From sequence record MZ475891.1: a stretch of DNA of 64,000 nt, one strand, 5' to 3'. The position numbers were made by a program, and so were the translations under genes. The notes beneath the pieces are model-generated. The model made no database searches. It worked only from the letters and a program-made list of their open reading frames with translations, and was not told where the DNA came from. The number at the start of each line of letters is the position of its first letter. Position 1 is the first letter of the stretch. Shown piece by piece: positions 45,150 to 54,458 of this stretch.

Positions 45150-46250
45150 TTAGCCTCGAACTGCTTTGGCAACGGAACGCACGTTCGCCAGAGTGAAGGA
45201 GAAGGTGCTTGACAGCAACCAGCCGCGGTCAGTGTTACCCTGGTTAGCACCAGAGGTAGGAGTAGACTGCGTACCGCCACGAGTGGTGTACACTGCATGG
45301 TAGTCCTGGTCAGCCAGAACATACAGCTCGCCCTGTTTCAGAACGATGTGCTCTGGAGCACGCATACCATCGGTAACCAGCTCCATACCCAGCAGGGTAC
45401 CCAGACGACCGGTGATCAGCAAATCATACTTAGACACTGGGTCCAGAGCAGAAGAGAACTGATCGTTACCGATAATGTCGTTCCAGTAGTCCCACGCCAT
45501 CACGGCGGTAGAGGTCGGCAGCGGCCATGAAGCAACGCTGTTTTTCAGGGTAGACAGCAGACGCGGAGTCAGGTCACCGTGAACGTAGGTGATCGGGTTA
45601 GCGATACCAACAGCTTCGTCACACGCTTGTTTCCACAGACGGTCTTCTGCAACCATGATAGAAGACAGGCCGTCTTGCTGCGCACGGTCCAGCAGGTCGC
45701 CGTTGATCTGGTCCAGATCCATTTTGCTTACGCGGATGTTGGATTTCAGTTCGAACTCAGCCGGCTGGTAGGTACGGCCGCGGAACTGGCGGTAACCGAA
45801 ATCGGTAGGACCAGTTGCGATGATTGCTTCTGCCTGGTGAATTTTCAGTTCGATACGAGCAATGTCGCCCTGACGAACGGTAGCACCCTTACAGACTTTG
45901 CGCAGCAGACCAGCACGCTCAGCACGGTCTTCGATAGATGCAACGATAGAAGCACCCAGCGAGTCCCACTTAGCGCCAGAGGTATCAGCAGCAGCTTCGG
46001 CGAACAGCTCAATCTTCTCAGCTTCTGACAGACCGTTAGAAGCGTTAGACTGTGAATGAACCAGCTCACCATTTTGGAACGCGTTAGCCAGACGGCTGAT
46101 CTGAGAGATCAGGTCTTTCTGGCTTGATGCGTTAATCTCACCAGTGCTTTGGCTCAGAGCTAATTCATTGCTCTTGCCGAAACGCAGGTCTTCAATCGGG
46201 GCGCCATTACGCAGAGTTACTTTCGCGCCGCGCATTAAGGAATTAGTCAT
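45150..46250 (-). CDS. Major capsid protein (HK97 fold)
   Basis: 366 aa, strongly biased codon usage, E-loop/P-domain-like pattern (P..FEL.S...V...DL; G.LG.L.GM....D), terminator-bounded operon after scaffold and protease. Confidence 0.8.
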   Translation of the reverse strand: MTNSLMRGAKVTLRNGAPIEDLRFGKSNELALSQSTGEINASSQKDLISQISRLANAFQNGELVHSQSNASNGLSEAEKIELFAEAAADTSGAKWDSLGASIVASIEDRAERAGLLRKVCKGATVRQGDIARIELKIHQAEAIIATGPTDFGYRQFRGRTYQPAEFELKSNIRVSKMDLDQINGDLLDRAQQDGLSSIMVAEDRLWKQACDEAVGIANPITYVHGDLTPRLLSTLKNSVASWPLPTSTAVMAWDYWNDIIGNDQFSSALDPVSKYDLLITGRLGTLLGMELVTDGMRAPEHIVLKQGELYVLADQDYHAVYTTRGGTQSTPTSGANQGNTDRGWLLSSTFSFTLANVRSVAKAVRG

Positions 46251-46313
46251 TGCTTTGCTCCTGAGATTTTAATCTCGTAGTTTCAGTTTCTAACAGTTAC
46301 GGTGCGCGACGAA

Positions 46314-47036
46314 TTAGGCGCCGTAAGAGGAAGACATTTCGATGATCAGGTAACCTTTATCAGAGGTCGGCGAGTGCTTGATGATGCAGCCAGTCAGCTC
46401 AGTACCGGTACCGCCGATAGTCAGCATACCGTTCGGGCCCAGGGTAGGATGCAGCACATTGTCAGCAGACCAGTCAACAGACGGGTCGAACATTGACGTT
46501 GCGATGTTACCCAGCTTGATATAGCCGATACGGCCAACAACGTTTGATGCCAGACCACCGATAGGAGCATCAGCAGTGTAAGAACGCGCTTCGGTAACGG
46601 TCAGCTCGTATGCGTACTGAACGTATACGGTTTTGCCAACGTCATCAGCGTGGAAGTACAGGTCAGCGCCATCAACGCCAACGATACCTTTAGCAGACGC
46701 TTCGGTATCAGCTTCCTGGTCAGCTTTTTTGCCGTCGATTTTAACGAACAGCTTACCAGCATCAGGTACGCGAGAAGCAGTGAACTTTTTGGTAGCGTCG
46801 ATAGTGAAGGTTTCAACGCGGTTCATGTGCGCAGGCGGCATGTTACGAGCCAGAGCGAAACCAGCGAACACTTCGTTAGCAGCACCAGTAGACAGACGCA
46901 GGAATGATTGACCGTTTTCACGGGCCCATACCAGCGCAACGCCTTCTTCGTGGATTACTTCGCCCGGCAGCAGGTCAGCTTCCTGGGTCTGTACAATGTC
47001 AGTAGCATTCTGATACAACATAATTGGAATCTCCAA
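46314..47036 (-). CDS. Capsid decoration/cement protein
   Basis: 240 aa immediately upstream of the MCP; EEGVALV...FAGFA...G.I pattern typical of decoration proteins. Confidence 0.6.
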   Translation of the reverse strand: MEIPIMLYQNATDIVQTQEADLLPGEVIHEEGVALVWARENGQSFLRLSTGAANEVFAGFALARNMPPAHMNRVETFTIDATKKFTASRVPDAGKLFVKIDGKKADQEADTEASAKGIVGVDGADLYFHADDVGKTVYVQYAYELTVTEARSYTADAPIGGLASNVVGRIGYIKLGNIATSMFDPSVDWSADNVLHPTLGPNGMLTIGGTGTELTGCIIKHSPTSDKGYLIIEMSSSYGA

Positions 47037-47071
47037 TAAGAGAGTAAAGTTTAACTAGCGTAAGGCCGCTC

Positions 47072-49168
47072 TTATGAGCAGCGCAAACGGGCCAGTTTAT
47101 CTTCGAACGAGTCAGTGGAAGCTGAACTCTGTGATTGAATAGGTGCACTATCTTCGTCACCCAGAAGCTGCGCTGCAACGCTTGGTTGCTGCGGCTTAAC
47201 AGGTGCGGTGACCTGCTGTTGAACTACAGGCTGAGCCTGCTGCACGGTACCGGCTGCGGCTTCGATTGACTGTGCAACTTCGTTCTGTGCAGTTTCAGAC
47301 ATAGACATAAGAGTCTGTGCTTTTGCCAGAGAAGTTGTCAGGAAATCTTTACCATGCGCGATAAACGCGTTTTGAATCAGCGCGTTCGGGTCTTTGATGC
47401 CTGCGGCAGACAGAGAGCGAACGAGAGAATCAACGATCGGGTTACGCACTTCACCCCAGTAGTTTTTGGTGATACCCAGCTGAGCAGAAGACAGGGCAGC
47501 AATCAAACGTTCCTGATGGGAAGCAACAGTGTCGTTGATGGTAGACGATACGCTGGTAGTGGCTTCGTTGATGCGAGCATCAGATTCAGCAACCAGCAAC
47601 TTGTCTACAGGCATTTCGATTTGATACGGCATAAAGCCATACGCTTCGACTGTACCTACAACACCGCTTTGAACCAGGCTGTGTGAAACGGCACGGATGA
47701 AATTATCAGTTGCGAAAGATTTACGCGCAACTTCTTCACCAACAACGTTAGACACAGAGTTGAACGTGGCGCGAGCAACTGGCTGGCCGTCGTAGTACAT
47801 GTGTACCGATTCGACTTTACCGCCGTTAGAACGGCTGAGGCTTACCAGGGTCGGGTCCAGTTCGCCGTACTGAGCTTGTACGGTAGACAGGCTGTCGAAG
47901 GTGCGATTAACGACTTTAGATTCAGAATCGAAGTCTTCATCGTCGAGGTCGAGATCATCTTCTTCCAGATCTTCGTCCTCGTCGAGGTCTTCGTCTTCAT
48001 CAGCGCCAGACTCAGAATCGAAATCTTCGTCTTCGTCTTCGCCTTCGAGGTCCAGATCGTCTTCATCCAGATCTTCGTCGTCGTCGTCGCCTGCACCAGA
48101 TTCGGAGTCGAAGTCTTCGTCATCTTCGAGGTCTTCCTCGTCTTCGTCGTCCAGATCATCTTCATCCAGATCTTCGTTGTCGAGGTCATCCTCTTCGTCT
48201 GCCTCTTCGTCTTCCTCTTCGTCTTCGTCGAAGTCATCTTCATCGAAGTCGTCTTCATCTTCATCACCATCAGATGATTCAGAATCAAAGTCGTCGTCAG
48301 AATCTTCGTCTTCGTCGTCGAGGTCCAGATCGTCTTCGTCCAGGATATCAATGTCGCTGTCGCTATCATCGTCACCGGAGTTAGATTCAATCGGCTCGTC
48401 GACCAGCGCCGCAGAGCAATGCGCACAGAAGACAGGCTCTTCATCGGAGCTTACAGTAAACGGCTGTTCGCATTTAGCGGAGCAGCTATAGATGTGAGCT
48501 TCGACGGTACCGTCAGCGGCAGCAGAAGACAGAGCAGTAACAGCTTCAGGGGCTTCCTGAGCGTCACAGCTATCAACAGCCTGGCCGGTGTACGGGTCGA
48601 ATTTGGCAACAGTAGCAGCGTTGAAGCTACCAGTGTTGGACAGCGCTGTGAACGTTTGAGCACCAGACAGGGCCTGCGCGAAGTTGCGTTGAGCTTCTTC
48701 GGCAGTCTCGCCAGTAGCGATCAGGCTCGCGTGTTCAATCTGTTCATCAGCGTTTGCGCTCTCAGCAAGGAACTGTGATACGCGTTCATCAGTGATTTCT
48801 GACAGGTCAGCAGAGCACGACGGGCAGCAGCCCTGAACGAGCGAAGCACTGTCGCTGATAACGTGGCTACCACAACCATCCAGACAGATAGTGTAATGCG
48901 CCTTCACGTCACCAGCAGAAGACTGAGACTGAACTTCGGCTTTCTCAACCAAATCAGGATGCTCATCCAGCAGTTCGTTACCGCCGGTTGGGTTGTAGAG
49001 GTCAGCGCCACTTTGCGAAGCAAAGCCCACACCGTCAGAAGAACCATAAATCATTAAGTTCTGGCCTAACGCAGTGCGACGAAAGTTCTCTACTGCCTGA
49101 TTATGGTTTTTACCGACACACAGGATACCCGCGAGTTGGGTAATCTTTGGCATGGTTAAAACCCTCAT
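47072..49168 (-). CDS. Putative prohead core/scaffold protein with Zn-ribbon motifs and long acidic tract
   Basis: CLDGC/CPSC and CSAKC/CAHC pairs; ~150-residue D/E tract (~47925-48375) with four FDSES; position between protease and capsid genes. Confidence 0.6.
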   Translation of the reverse strand: MRVLTMPKITQLAGILCVGKNHNQAVENFRRTALGQNLMIYGSSDGVGFASQSGADLYNPTGGNELLDEHPDLVEKAEVQSQSSAGDVKAHYTICLDGCGSHVISDSASLVQGCCPSCSADLSEITDERVSQFLAESANADEQIEHASLIATGETAEEAQRNFAQALSGAQTFTALSNTGSFNAATVAKFDPYTGQAVDSCDAQEAPEAVTALSSAAADGTVEAHIYSCSAKCEQPFTVSSDEEPVFCAHCSAALVDEPIESNSGDDDSDSDIDILDEDDLDLDDEDEDSDDDFDSESSDGDEDEDDFDEDDFDEDEEEDEEADEEDDLDNEDLDEDDLDDEDEEDLEDDEDFDSESGAGDDDDEDLDEDDLDLEGEDEDEDFDSESGADEDEDLDEDEDLEEDDLDLDDEDFDSESKVVNRTFDSLSTVQAQYGELDPTLVSLSRSNGGKVESVHMYYDGQPVARATFNSVSNVVGEEVARKSFATDNFIRAVSHSLVQSGVVGTVEAYGFMPYQIEMPVDKLLVAESDARINEATTSVSSTINDTVASHQERLIAALSSAQLGITKNYWGEVRNPIVDSLVRSLSAAGIKDPNALIQNAFIAHGKDFLTTSLAKAQTLMSMSETAQNEVAQSIEAAAGTVQQAQPVVQQQVTAPVKPQQPSVAAQLLGDEDSAPIQSQSSASTDSFEDKLARLRCS

Positions 49169-49198
49169 AAGGAATGAAGTCGTTGAATCGACAGGTTG

Positions 49199-49206
49199 AA
49201 ATTAAC
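49199..49206 (-). promoter_or_regulatory. Variant late-promoter motif GTTAATTT
   Basis: One mismatch to GCTAATTT, 30 nt upstream of the 49168 start, intergenic. Confidence 0.45.
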
Positions 49207-49231
49207 GAAAGCAGAAAAATTTAAGGTATTT

Positions 49232-50362
49232 TTAGACTTTTCTGCTATCAATATCTGACTGAGGAATATAGCGATTTTCGAAGTATTTATTCACTACTTC
49301 GACACCGTTTAGCGTATAAACGTTACGCAAACTATCTCCCCATACCATTAGTTCTGCCAGCGTTGCAAAGTGCTCCGTAGGCACGGATTTAATGGTCAGT
49401 GCATTGTTCGAATCAGGATGGATTCGCTTACCACGAATGGCCTGATCAAACTTCATACGGTCTACGTTACGCAGCATAGTATGGTCCACAAAGTGAGCCA
49501 ATTCATGCGTCATAACGTGGGCCATACTTTTGCTGTTATATCCACCCAGCAGACGAACAAGCTGTTGTGGACTAATAGCGATAACACCGTACATAAAGCC
49601 ACGAATCATGTACGTGCTAATGTGAGAACCGCCTACATCGTTACCTTCTTGCCCGCCCAGAATAGAAACGTACAGACGCTTAAACGGCAGATTAACGTTC
49701 AGCCCAACAGCAGGCATTACGTTGTCCTGGATATCCTTTAGCACGAATGCTGGTGGACTAACACCGTTGACTGAGATGTTTAGGCCAGGGATATTCAGTT
49801 CATCTGCACCACGCACTTCGAGATGTACCGTACCACATTTAGGTAGTGGTTGAATTGCGTAGTTGTTTGGAGTACCACCAGCATAAGCAATATCAGAGTA
49901 TTGCAGAGGCGTAAATTTACCGAACTGAGGCCTGTCAAGTTCTCGACGTTGACGCGCTTCTTTGGATGCACGATCATCATCGATAGGAGTATCAACAGGA
50001 GGTTTTGGCTCGGGTTCAGGCGGTGGGATTGGCACTTCGGCAGCGGCAGGTTTTGGAACTTTCGCAGGCTTAGGCACTTTGACAGGCTTAGGCTTAGCAG
50101 ACTTCTCCTCGAGTGGAGTAAAGTCAAAGCTATCAAACAACGCATCAGGCTGAGCAGCAAAAGGTCTGCTATTAGCCAGTATCATTCCAGCGCTCTCCCC
50201 GCTGATTGCAACAGCTTGAGGGTACTTAGGGTGAGCGATGTAATAGAGGTCATCGTTAACTTGATGGAGACCTACGACCTCGCGTGGCTGCATACGCACA
50301 CCATTTGAAATCATAGTATCTCCACCTAAGTAACGGACGAATTTGTAGTCCGTTATATCCAT
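49232..50362 (-). CDS. Zinc metallopeptidase (HExxH) with N-terminal shared domain and Pro-rich linker; start revised to MDITDY
   Basis: VMTHELAHFVDH (~49493-49507) and downstream EHFATLAE; ATG at 50362 overlaps the TAA of the protease gene. Confidence 0.75.
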   Translation of the reverse strand: MDITDYKFVRYLGGDTMISNGVRMQPREVVGLHQVNDDLYYIAHPKYPQAVAISGESAGMILANSRPFAAQPDALFDSFDFTPLEEKSAKPKPVKVPKPAKVPKPAAAEVPIPPPEPEPKPPVDTPIDDDRASKEARQRRELDRPQFGKFTPLQYSDIAYAGGTPNNYAIQPLPKCGTVHLEVRGADELNIPGLNISVNGVSPPAFVLKDIQDNVMPAVGLNVNLPFKRLYVSILGGQEGNDVGGSHISTYMIRGFMYGVIAISPQQLVRLLGGYNSKSMAHVMTHELAHFVDHTMLRNVDRMKFDQAIRGKRIHPDSNNALTIKSVPTEHFATLAELMVWGDSLRNVYTLNGVEVVNKYFENRYIPQSDIDSRKV

Positions 50363-51141
50363 TAACGCATCCGCAGCAGGTGTTCTTTGTACGTTGCAGC
50401 ACAAGCAAACGCTGGGTCATCCACAGAGCTACACTCGAAACCAGTGAGGCCCTTACAGTCACGATAAACCAGGCGGCCTGTACGTGCATCCAAATACGTA
50501 GGCTTGTTGAACGCTGTGTGCGAGCAGAAGTTACGATTCTTCGGTGTTACCATCTGACCACAGATACTGCATTTATAAGCACGGTAGGTTGTGCCCTTGC
50601 TGTACGTGTTCAGTTCACCGCTGAGAATACGATCACAACGTTCCTTACAGCGCGTGCGGTCAAACGCCAGCAACAGAGTCAGACGCGCATGATTGCCACG
50701 GAAGTTTTTCAGCTTAGACAGGTTTGAGTCAAAGATCATGCCCATTGCTTGGCGATAGTCTTTGTTGTTGTGCTCGATAAACGTCGGCTTACCAATGAAC
50801 GTCTGATATGCAAGGCGTCCTTGATCAGGGTTAAACGTCAACCATTCCTGCAAGCTGAATGCATCACCGTTAGTGTTCGGCAGCTCCGTGATGTTTACCA
50901 CAACAGGCGCAATGATATAGTCACGGATATCACGCGAGGTGTTGTACATCTCAGCAGCTTTAGGCAGCCACACGTTAACGTCGAGGTTAAAAGATCCCGT
51001 CTCAATACCGAAACGCGAAGCATCAACACGAATAGACTTAGCGTTTCGGCTAACATCTTCTTTGTGCATATCAATCGCGTTCAGTCCGACGAGGCCCATG
51101 TCTGAGGTATCAAACGACTCAGACTTGATGAGCTGGGTCAT
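50362..51141 (-). CDS. Prohead maturation protease (HK97/herpes-type serine protease) with Zn-binding insert
   Basis: FIGKPTFIEHN (His), NTYSKG (Ser), CSICG...CSH insert, GFECSSVDDPAF. Confidence 0.75.
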   Translation of the reverse strand: MTQLIKSESFDTSDMGLVGLNAIDMHKEDVSRNAKSIRVDASRFGIETGSFNLDVNVWLPKAAEMYNTSRDIRDYIIAPVVVNITELPNTNGDAFSLQEWLTFNPDQGRLAYQTFIGKPTFIEHNNKDYRQAMGMIFDSNLSKLKNFRGNHARLTLLLAFDRTRCKERCDRILSGELNTYSKGTTYRAYKCSICGQMVTPKNRNFCSHTAFNKPTYLDARTGRLVYRDCKGLTGFECSSVDDPAFACAATYKEHLLRMR

Positions 51142-51151
51142 CGTGTTCTCC

Positions 51152-51589
51152 CTATTGGAAATTGTTTATGTTATCAAGGCCGCAATTGGCTAGACGCACA
51201 TGCGACTCAGGCACCTCGAAGATTTGAGAGCAACCCAAGTCGGTCAGTTGATATATCAATCGTCCATTAGAAATTATTGCGTTTTCAACATAGGCAGCAA
51301 CTTCTGTACCATCTTCTTGCTTGACCATAACTTCAACGCCAGGATAGAATACGTCGAAACTCTTGGAGCTAAAGATAGGTCGAACAATGTCGGTCTCTGC
51401 AACAGGGTGCTGGGCATAGCGCGTTTGAATCATATACAACGCACAGTCACCGCTGATCAGGATAGTATTGATTGTGCCACGCAGATTGTACGGAGCACCC
51501 TGAGCAGTAGTGCCAGCAACGAACGTGACAATATCACCGATGTTATACGCAAACGAGAACTGAGCCATGTTAACCTCGAAGTGCACCAC
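51152..51589 (-). CDS. Hypothetical protein with two KOW/SH3-like units
   Basis: YNIGDIVTF...G.I..I.I and FYPGVEVMV...V....I; 145 aa. Confidence 0.6.
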   Translation of the reverse strand: MVHFEVNMAQFSFAYNIGDIVTFVAGTTAQGAPYNLRGTINTILISGDCALYMIQTRYAQHPVAETDIVRPIFSSKSFDVFYPGVEVMVKQEDGTEVAAYVENAIISNGRLIYQLTDLGCSQIFEVPESHVRLANCGLDNINNFQ

Positions 51590-52424
51590 GCGCCCAAGAC
51601 TTAGCGAGAGCCAGAGTCATGCGGCTAGGGTTCTGGAGTTTGACTTCACCCCGATGAACAGCAGTGAACGGTTCATTAGGGTTCTCGCTGCGCCCAGAAC
51701 GATACGCAGATTCATTGAAGCCATCAAACAAAGTAACCAGCCAGCCAGTTGACTTATCAGAGCATTCGCCGCACTTGTTATCCCAGCTAATCTTACCACA
51801 TGTACGGCCACCAGCATTGATGGCGTATGACACACGGTCTTTGTCAGAGTAAACGTCCTTGGCACGAATGGTCTTGAACGTCACACGAGACGAGGACTCG
51901 GAGCGCGGCATCATGCGTGCTTTAATCGCTTCTGCATCAATCGAGGACCAGAACGATTCAAACAGCATACCCAGCTTCTGATCGATAGGCAGCTTGAGTC
52001 CATTGATTTGGGCAATGGTACTGGAGCTATCATTGATAACGCGATTCAGGAAGTAGCCACCAATGATTATCGGCAGCTGTGTTCCCTGTGTGCCTACAGT
52101 AATACCAGATTGCTTGCAGTAGATCTCAGACAGACCGATAGCAAGACGCGCAAGAACCTTGAACGTCTCTTTCTCTGTCGTGTTTGCGATTTCAGTATAC
52201 AGACGCGCTGCAATGTTCGGCACGACTGTACGCTTGGCAACGCTGGCAATATCTTCGGCTGTGATAGTCTGACCAAGTTTCTTCTTGGCCGCTAACGCAA
52301 AGGCGTTATACAGGCTGGCTTTGTTCTCCGACGTCAGGGCCTCGTTCAGCTTGCTGATCGTCGTCTCCGCGCTGCTTTTCAGACTCGGAGTTTGAACTGT
52401 TTTGAGTCTCGCAACTTTCGGCAT
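51570..52424 (-). CDS. Hypothetical protein (two domains separated by RSESSS)
   Basis: 284-aa ORF with AGGAG RBS. Confidence 0.7.
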   Translation of the reverse strand: MPKVARLKTVQTPSLKSSAETTISKLNEALTSENKASLYNAFALAAKKKLGQTITAEDIASVAKRTVVPNIAARLYTEIANTTEKETFKVLARLAIGLSEIYCKQSGITVGTQGTQLPIIIGGYFLNRVINDSSSTIAQINGLKLPIDQKLGMLFESFWSSIDAEAIKARMMPRSESSSRVTFKTIRAKDVYSDKDRVSYAINAGGRTCGKISWDNKCGECSDKSTGWLVTLFDGFNESAYRSGRSENPNEPFTAVHRGEVKLQNPSRMTLALAKSWARGALRG

Positions 52425-53538
52425 TGGAGTTTTTCTCCTGGTTGAGGGCTTGCTTCGCTAAAATCCCAAGCAGGCCAGAGGCTTTGATTTCTGTCTCAAC
52501 GTCAAGCCCACGATGCAGACTGAGTTGAGCTAAATAGTTCAATGCAGGTTCGACCATATTAAGATTACGACAACCCCAATAGGCGCATTCGTAACATAAG
52601 TCTAAATTAACAGAGGTCTGGTCAAACAAGAAACTTTTTGGATTCTGTTGCGCAACAGACAGTCCCTGGATAGCCATGCCCACAGAGTTGATCATATCGT
52701 CACGGCGATAGAAAATATCAGACAGCATCGCGTAGCATTCAATACGATCAGAGCGGGCTGCAATAGCACGATAGCAGCAGTTAACGGCTTCCTGAATAAA
52801 GCCCTGCTTGAACGTTGCTTTTGACAGTTCCAGATTAGCCACAGCAACATAGTCAGACCACGTTGCGAGTTTGGTGAGACGTGCCACTTCGGCGCGTGCA
52901 TCATCAAGCAGGTCAGCACGGTCATAGTAAGCAACCGAATAGCACAGTTCACGCGCATAATAGAACGAGCAGCGCTGGTCACGAGGCCAATCGCCCGCAT
53001 CACGCGCCAGCTCCATGAGATAACCACGAGGCTTAGTGTGATCTGGGAAATGGTCAGTAGCGAACTCAGCACGCACAGTATGCGGTGGGTTACCTTCACG
53101 AATACGCATCAACACTTCATGCGCACGGTAACGCCACGTATATGCTCGGCTCTTGTATGCTTTCATCTGGTCATACTGGCTATCTCCGTTACGCATCAGA
53201 ATCCAAACACCATCAGCCTGTTCAATGTCAGGCATCTGACGTAACTTCTCAACCCAATCTGGATCGTCGAAGCGTTCATCAATGTCCAGCCAAACGATTA
53301 AATCATCTTCATGGAATGGCGCAGCGGCCAGGTCGCGACTAGCACCCAGATTGCGTTCTTCGGAGATGTCCGTAGAGTGATACAGCGCTGGGTGCGCGAA
53401 CTCGGAAACAATCTGAGTCGTTGCATCAATGCTGCCTGTGTCCACGATACTGATAGCATCAGCAGCAGACACATGCTTCAACCACTCGGCCATATTCTTT
53501 TCTTCATCACGGCAGATAGCCGCTACGCAAATTCTCAT
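52306..53538 (-). CDS. Glycosyltransferase family 2 with C-terminal TPR repeats
   Basis: ICVAAICRDEEKNMAEWL, IVDTGSIDAT, WLDIDERF (DxD), W.YRAHEVL, P.D.R..FYYARE, helical repeats. Confidence 0.88.
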   Translation of the reverse strand: MRICVAAICRDEEKNMAEWLKHVSAADAISIVDTGSIDATTQIVSEFAHPALYHSTDISEERNLGASRDLAAAPFHEDDLIVWLDIDERFDDPDWVEKLRQMPDIEQADGVWILMRNGDSQYDQMKAYKSRAYTWRYRAHEVLMRIREGNPPHTVRAEFATDHFPDHTKPRGYLMELARDAGDWPRDQRCSFYYARELCYSVAYYDRADLLDDARAEVARLTKLATWSDYVAVANLELSKATFKQGFIQEAVNCCYRAIAARSDRIECYAMLSDIFYRRDDMINSVGMAIQGLSVAQQNPKSFLFDQTSVNLDLCYECAYWGCRNLNMVEPALNYLAQLSLHRGLDVETEIKASGLLGILAKQALNQEKNSNAESCETQNSSNSESEKQRGDDDQQAERGPDVGEQSQPV

Positions 53539-53549
53539 GAGTGCCTCTT

Positions 53550-54458
53550 TTATACAAGAACGTTACCGCTATCCCACCACTTCTTGCCATAGATTTCAGA
53601 CAGGCGGTAGTCAAGCACGATTTGTTGGTCAAGATCGACCTGAAGGATATCGCGACCTAGTGCAGCGCTATAAACTGTTTTCTCCTCAGTGTATACGCGT
53701 ATCTCTAGTTCCATGTCGCCTTGCGAATACTTGGGAACGAACGGCACATTCAGATCGCCGTTGAACCCCTGACCGAGCGTATCGTCAAAGTAAGTAGACA
53801 TACGAATCTCGGTGCCCTGATTGATAATGGTGGGTGCATACACCATGCGATTGTTATACGCCGTGTAGTCGGCCACCGTGGACTGTTGAATCAGGCGGCG
53901 CTTATAGATGCGCGTTACGCCTTTGTCATCCACTACCGTACGATACTGATTGTAGAACCAGTTGATCTCATAGAACTTAACTGGCTTGAGGCCAGCAGAT
54001 GAAACCAACGAGGCAGTCATACGGTGATAGGTCTTCTCCGTATTCAGACGATAGAGCAGAATCTTAAACGCGTACCATTGGTAAACGTCTAACGTGATTG
54101 AGCCTGCATCTGATTGCTGAGTACCGTTAGTGAGGATATACGAGAAGCAATCGCCACCAACGTAACCGCTACGGGGATCGTAAATGAACGCATCACTAAA
54201 GCTATTCAGTTCGACAGTACCCAACAGTGGGTCGCTCACTTTGATTGCAGCAAGGCGCCAACCACGCTGGGCTGGAACCTTGTCGAGAACGCCTTCTGTG
54301 GGACTGTGACCTGTTAGCTCGTCGCGTGCGCCTTGCAGAATCTGATCGATAGTGATTTCAGTTTTACCTGAGTTCTTCACACGTATCGTTCTGTTTGGTG
54401 CTATTGGCTTATAGTTACGCCAGTAGTCAAACGTACAAGGCAAAGAGAGCATAGTCAC
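53550..54458 (-). CDS. Virion protein with Ig-like (Big_9/cadherin-type) domain
   Basis: FIYDPRSGYVGGDCFSYILTNG...ITLDV matches the Y.P..GF.G.D.F.Y.V.DG pattern. Confidence 0.65.
   Translation of the reverse strand: MTMLSLPCTFDYWRNYKPIAPNRTIRVKNSGKTEITIDQILQGARDELTGHSPTEGVLDKVPAQRGWRLAAIKVSDPLLGTVELNSFSDAFIYDPRSGYVGGDCFSYILTNGTQQSDAGSITLDVYQWYAFKILLYRLNTEKTYHRMTASLVSSAGLKPVKFYEINWFYNQYRTVVDDKGVTRIYKRRLIQQSTVADYTAYNNRMVYAPTIINQGTEIRMSTYFDDTLGQGFNGDLNVPFVPKYSQGDMELEIRVYTEEKTVYSAALGRDILQVDLDQQIVLDYRLSEIYGKKWWDSGNVLV

Noticed and set aside
47901-48491. 196-aa Ser-rich plus-strand ORF (also 56676..57389)
   Set aside because: Antisense shadow of GAC/GAA/GAT codon runs in the acidic tracts; no RBS and no independent signal.
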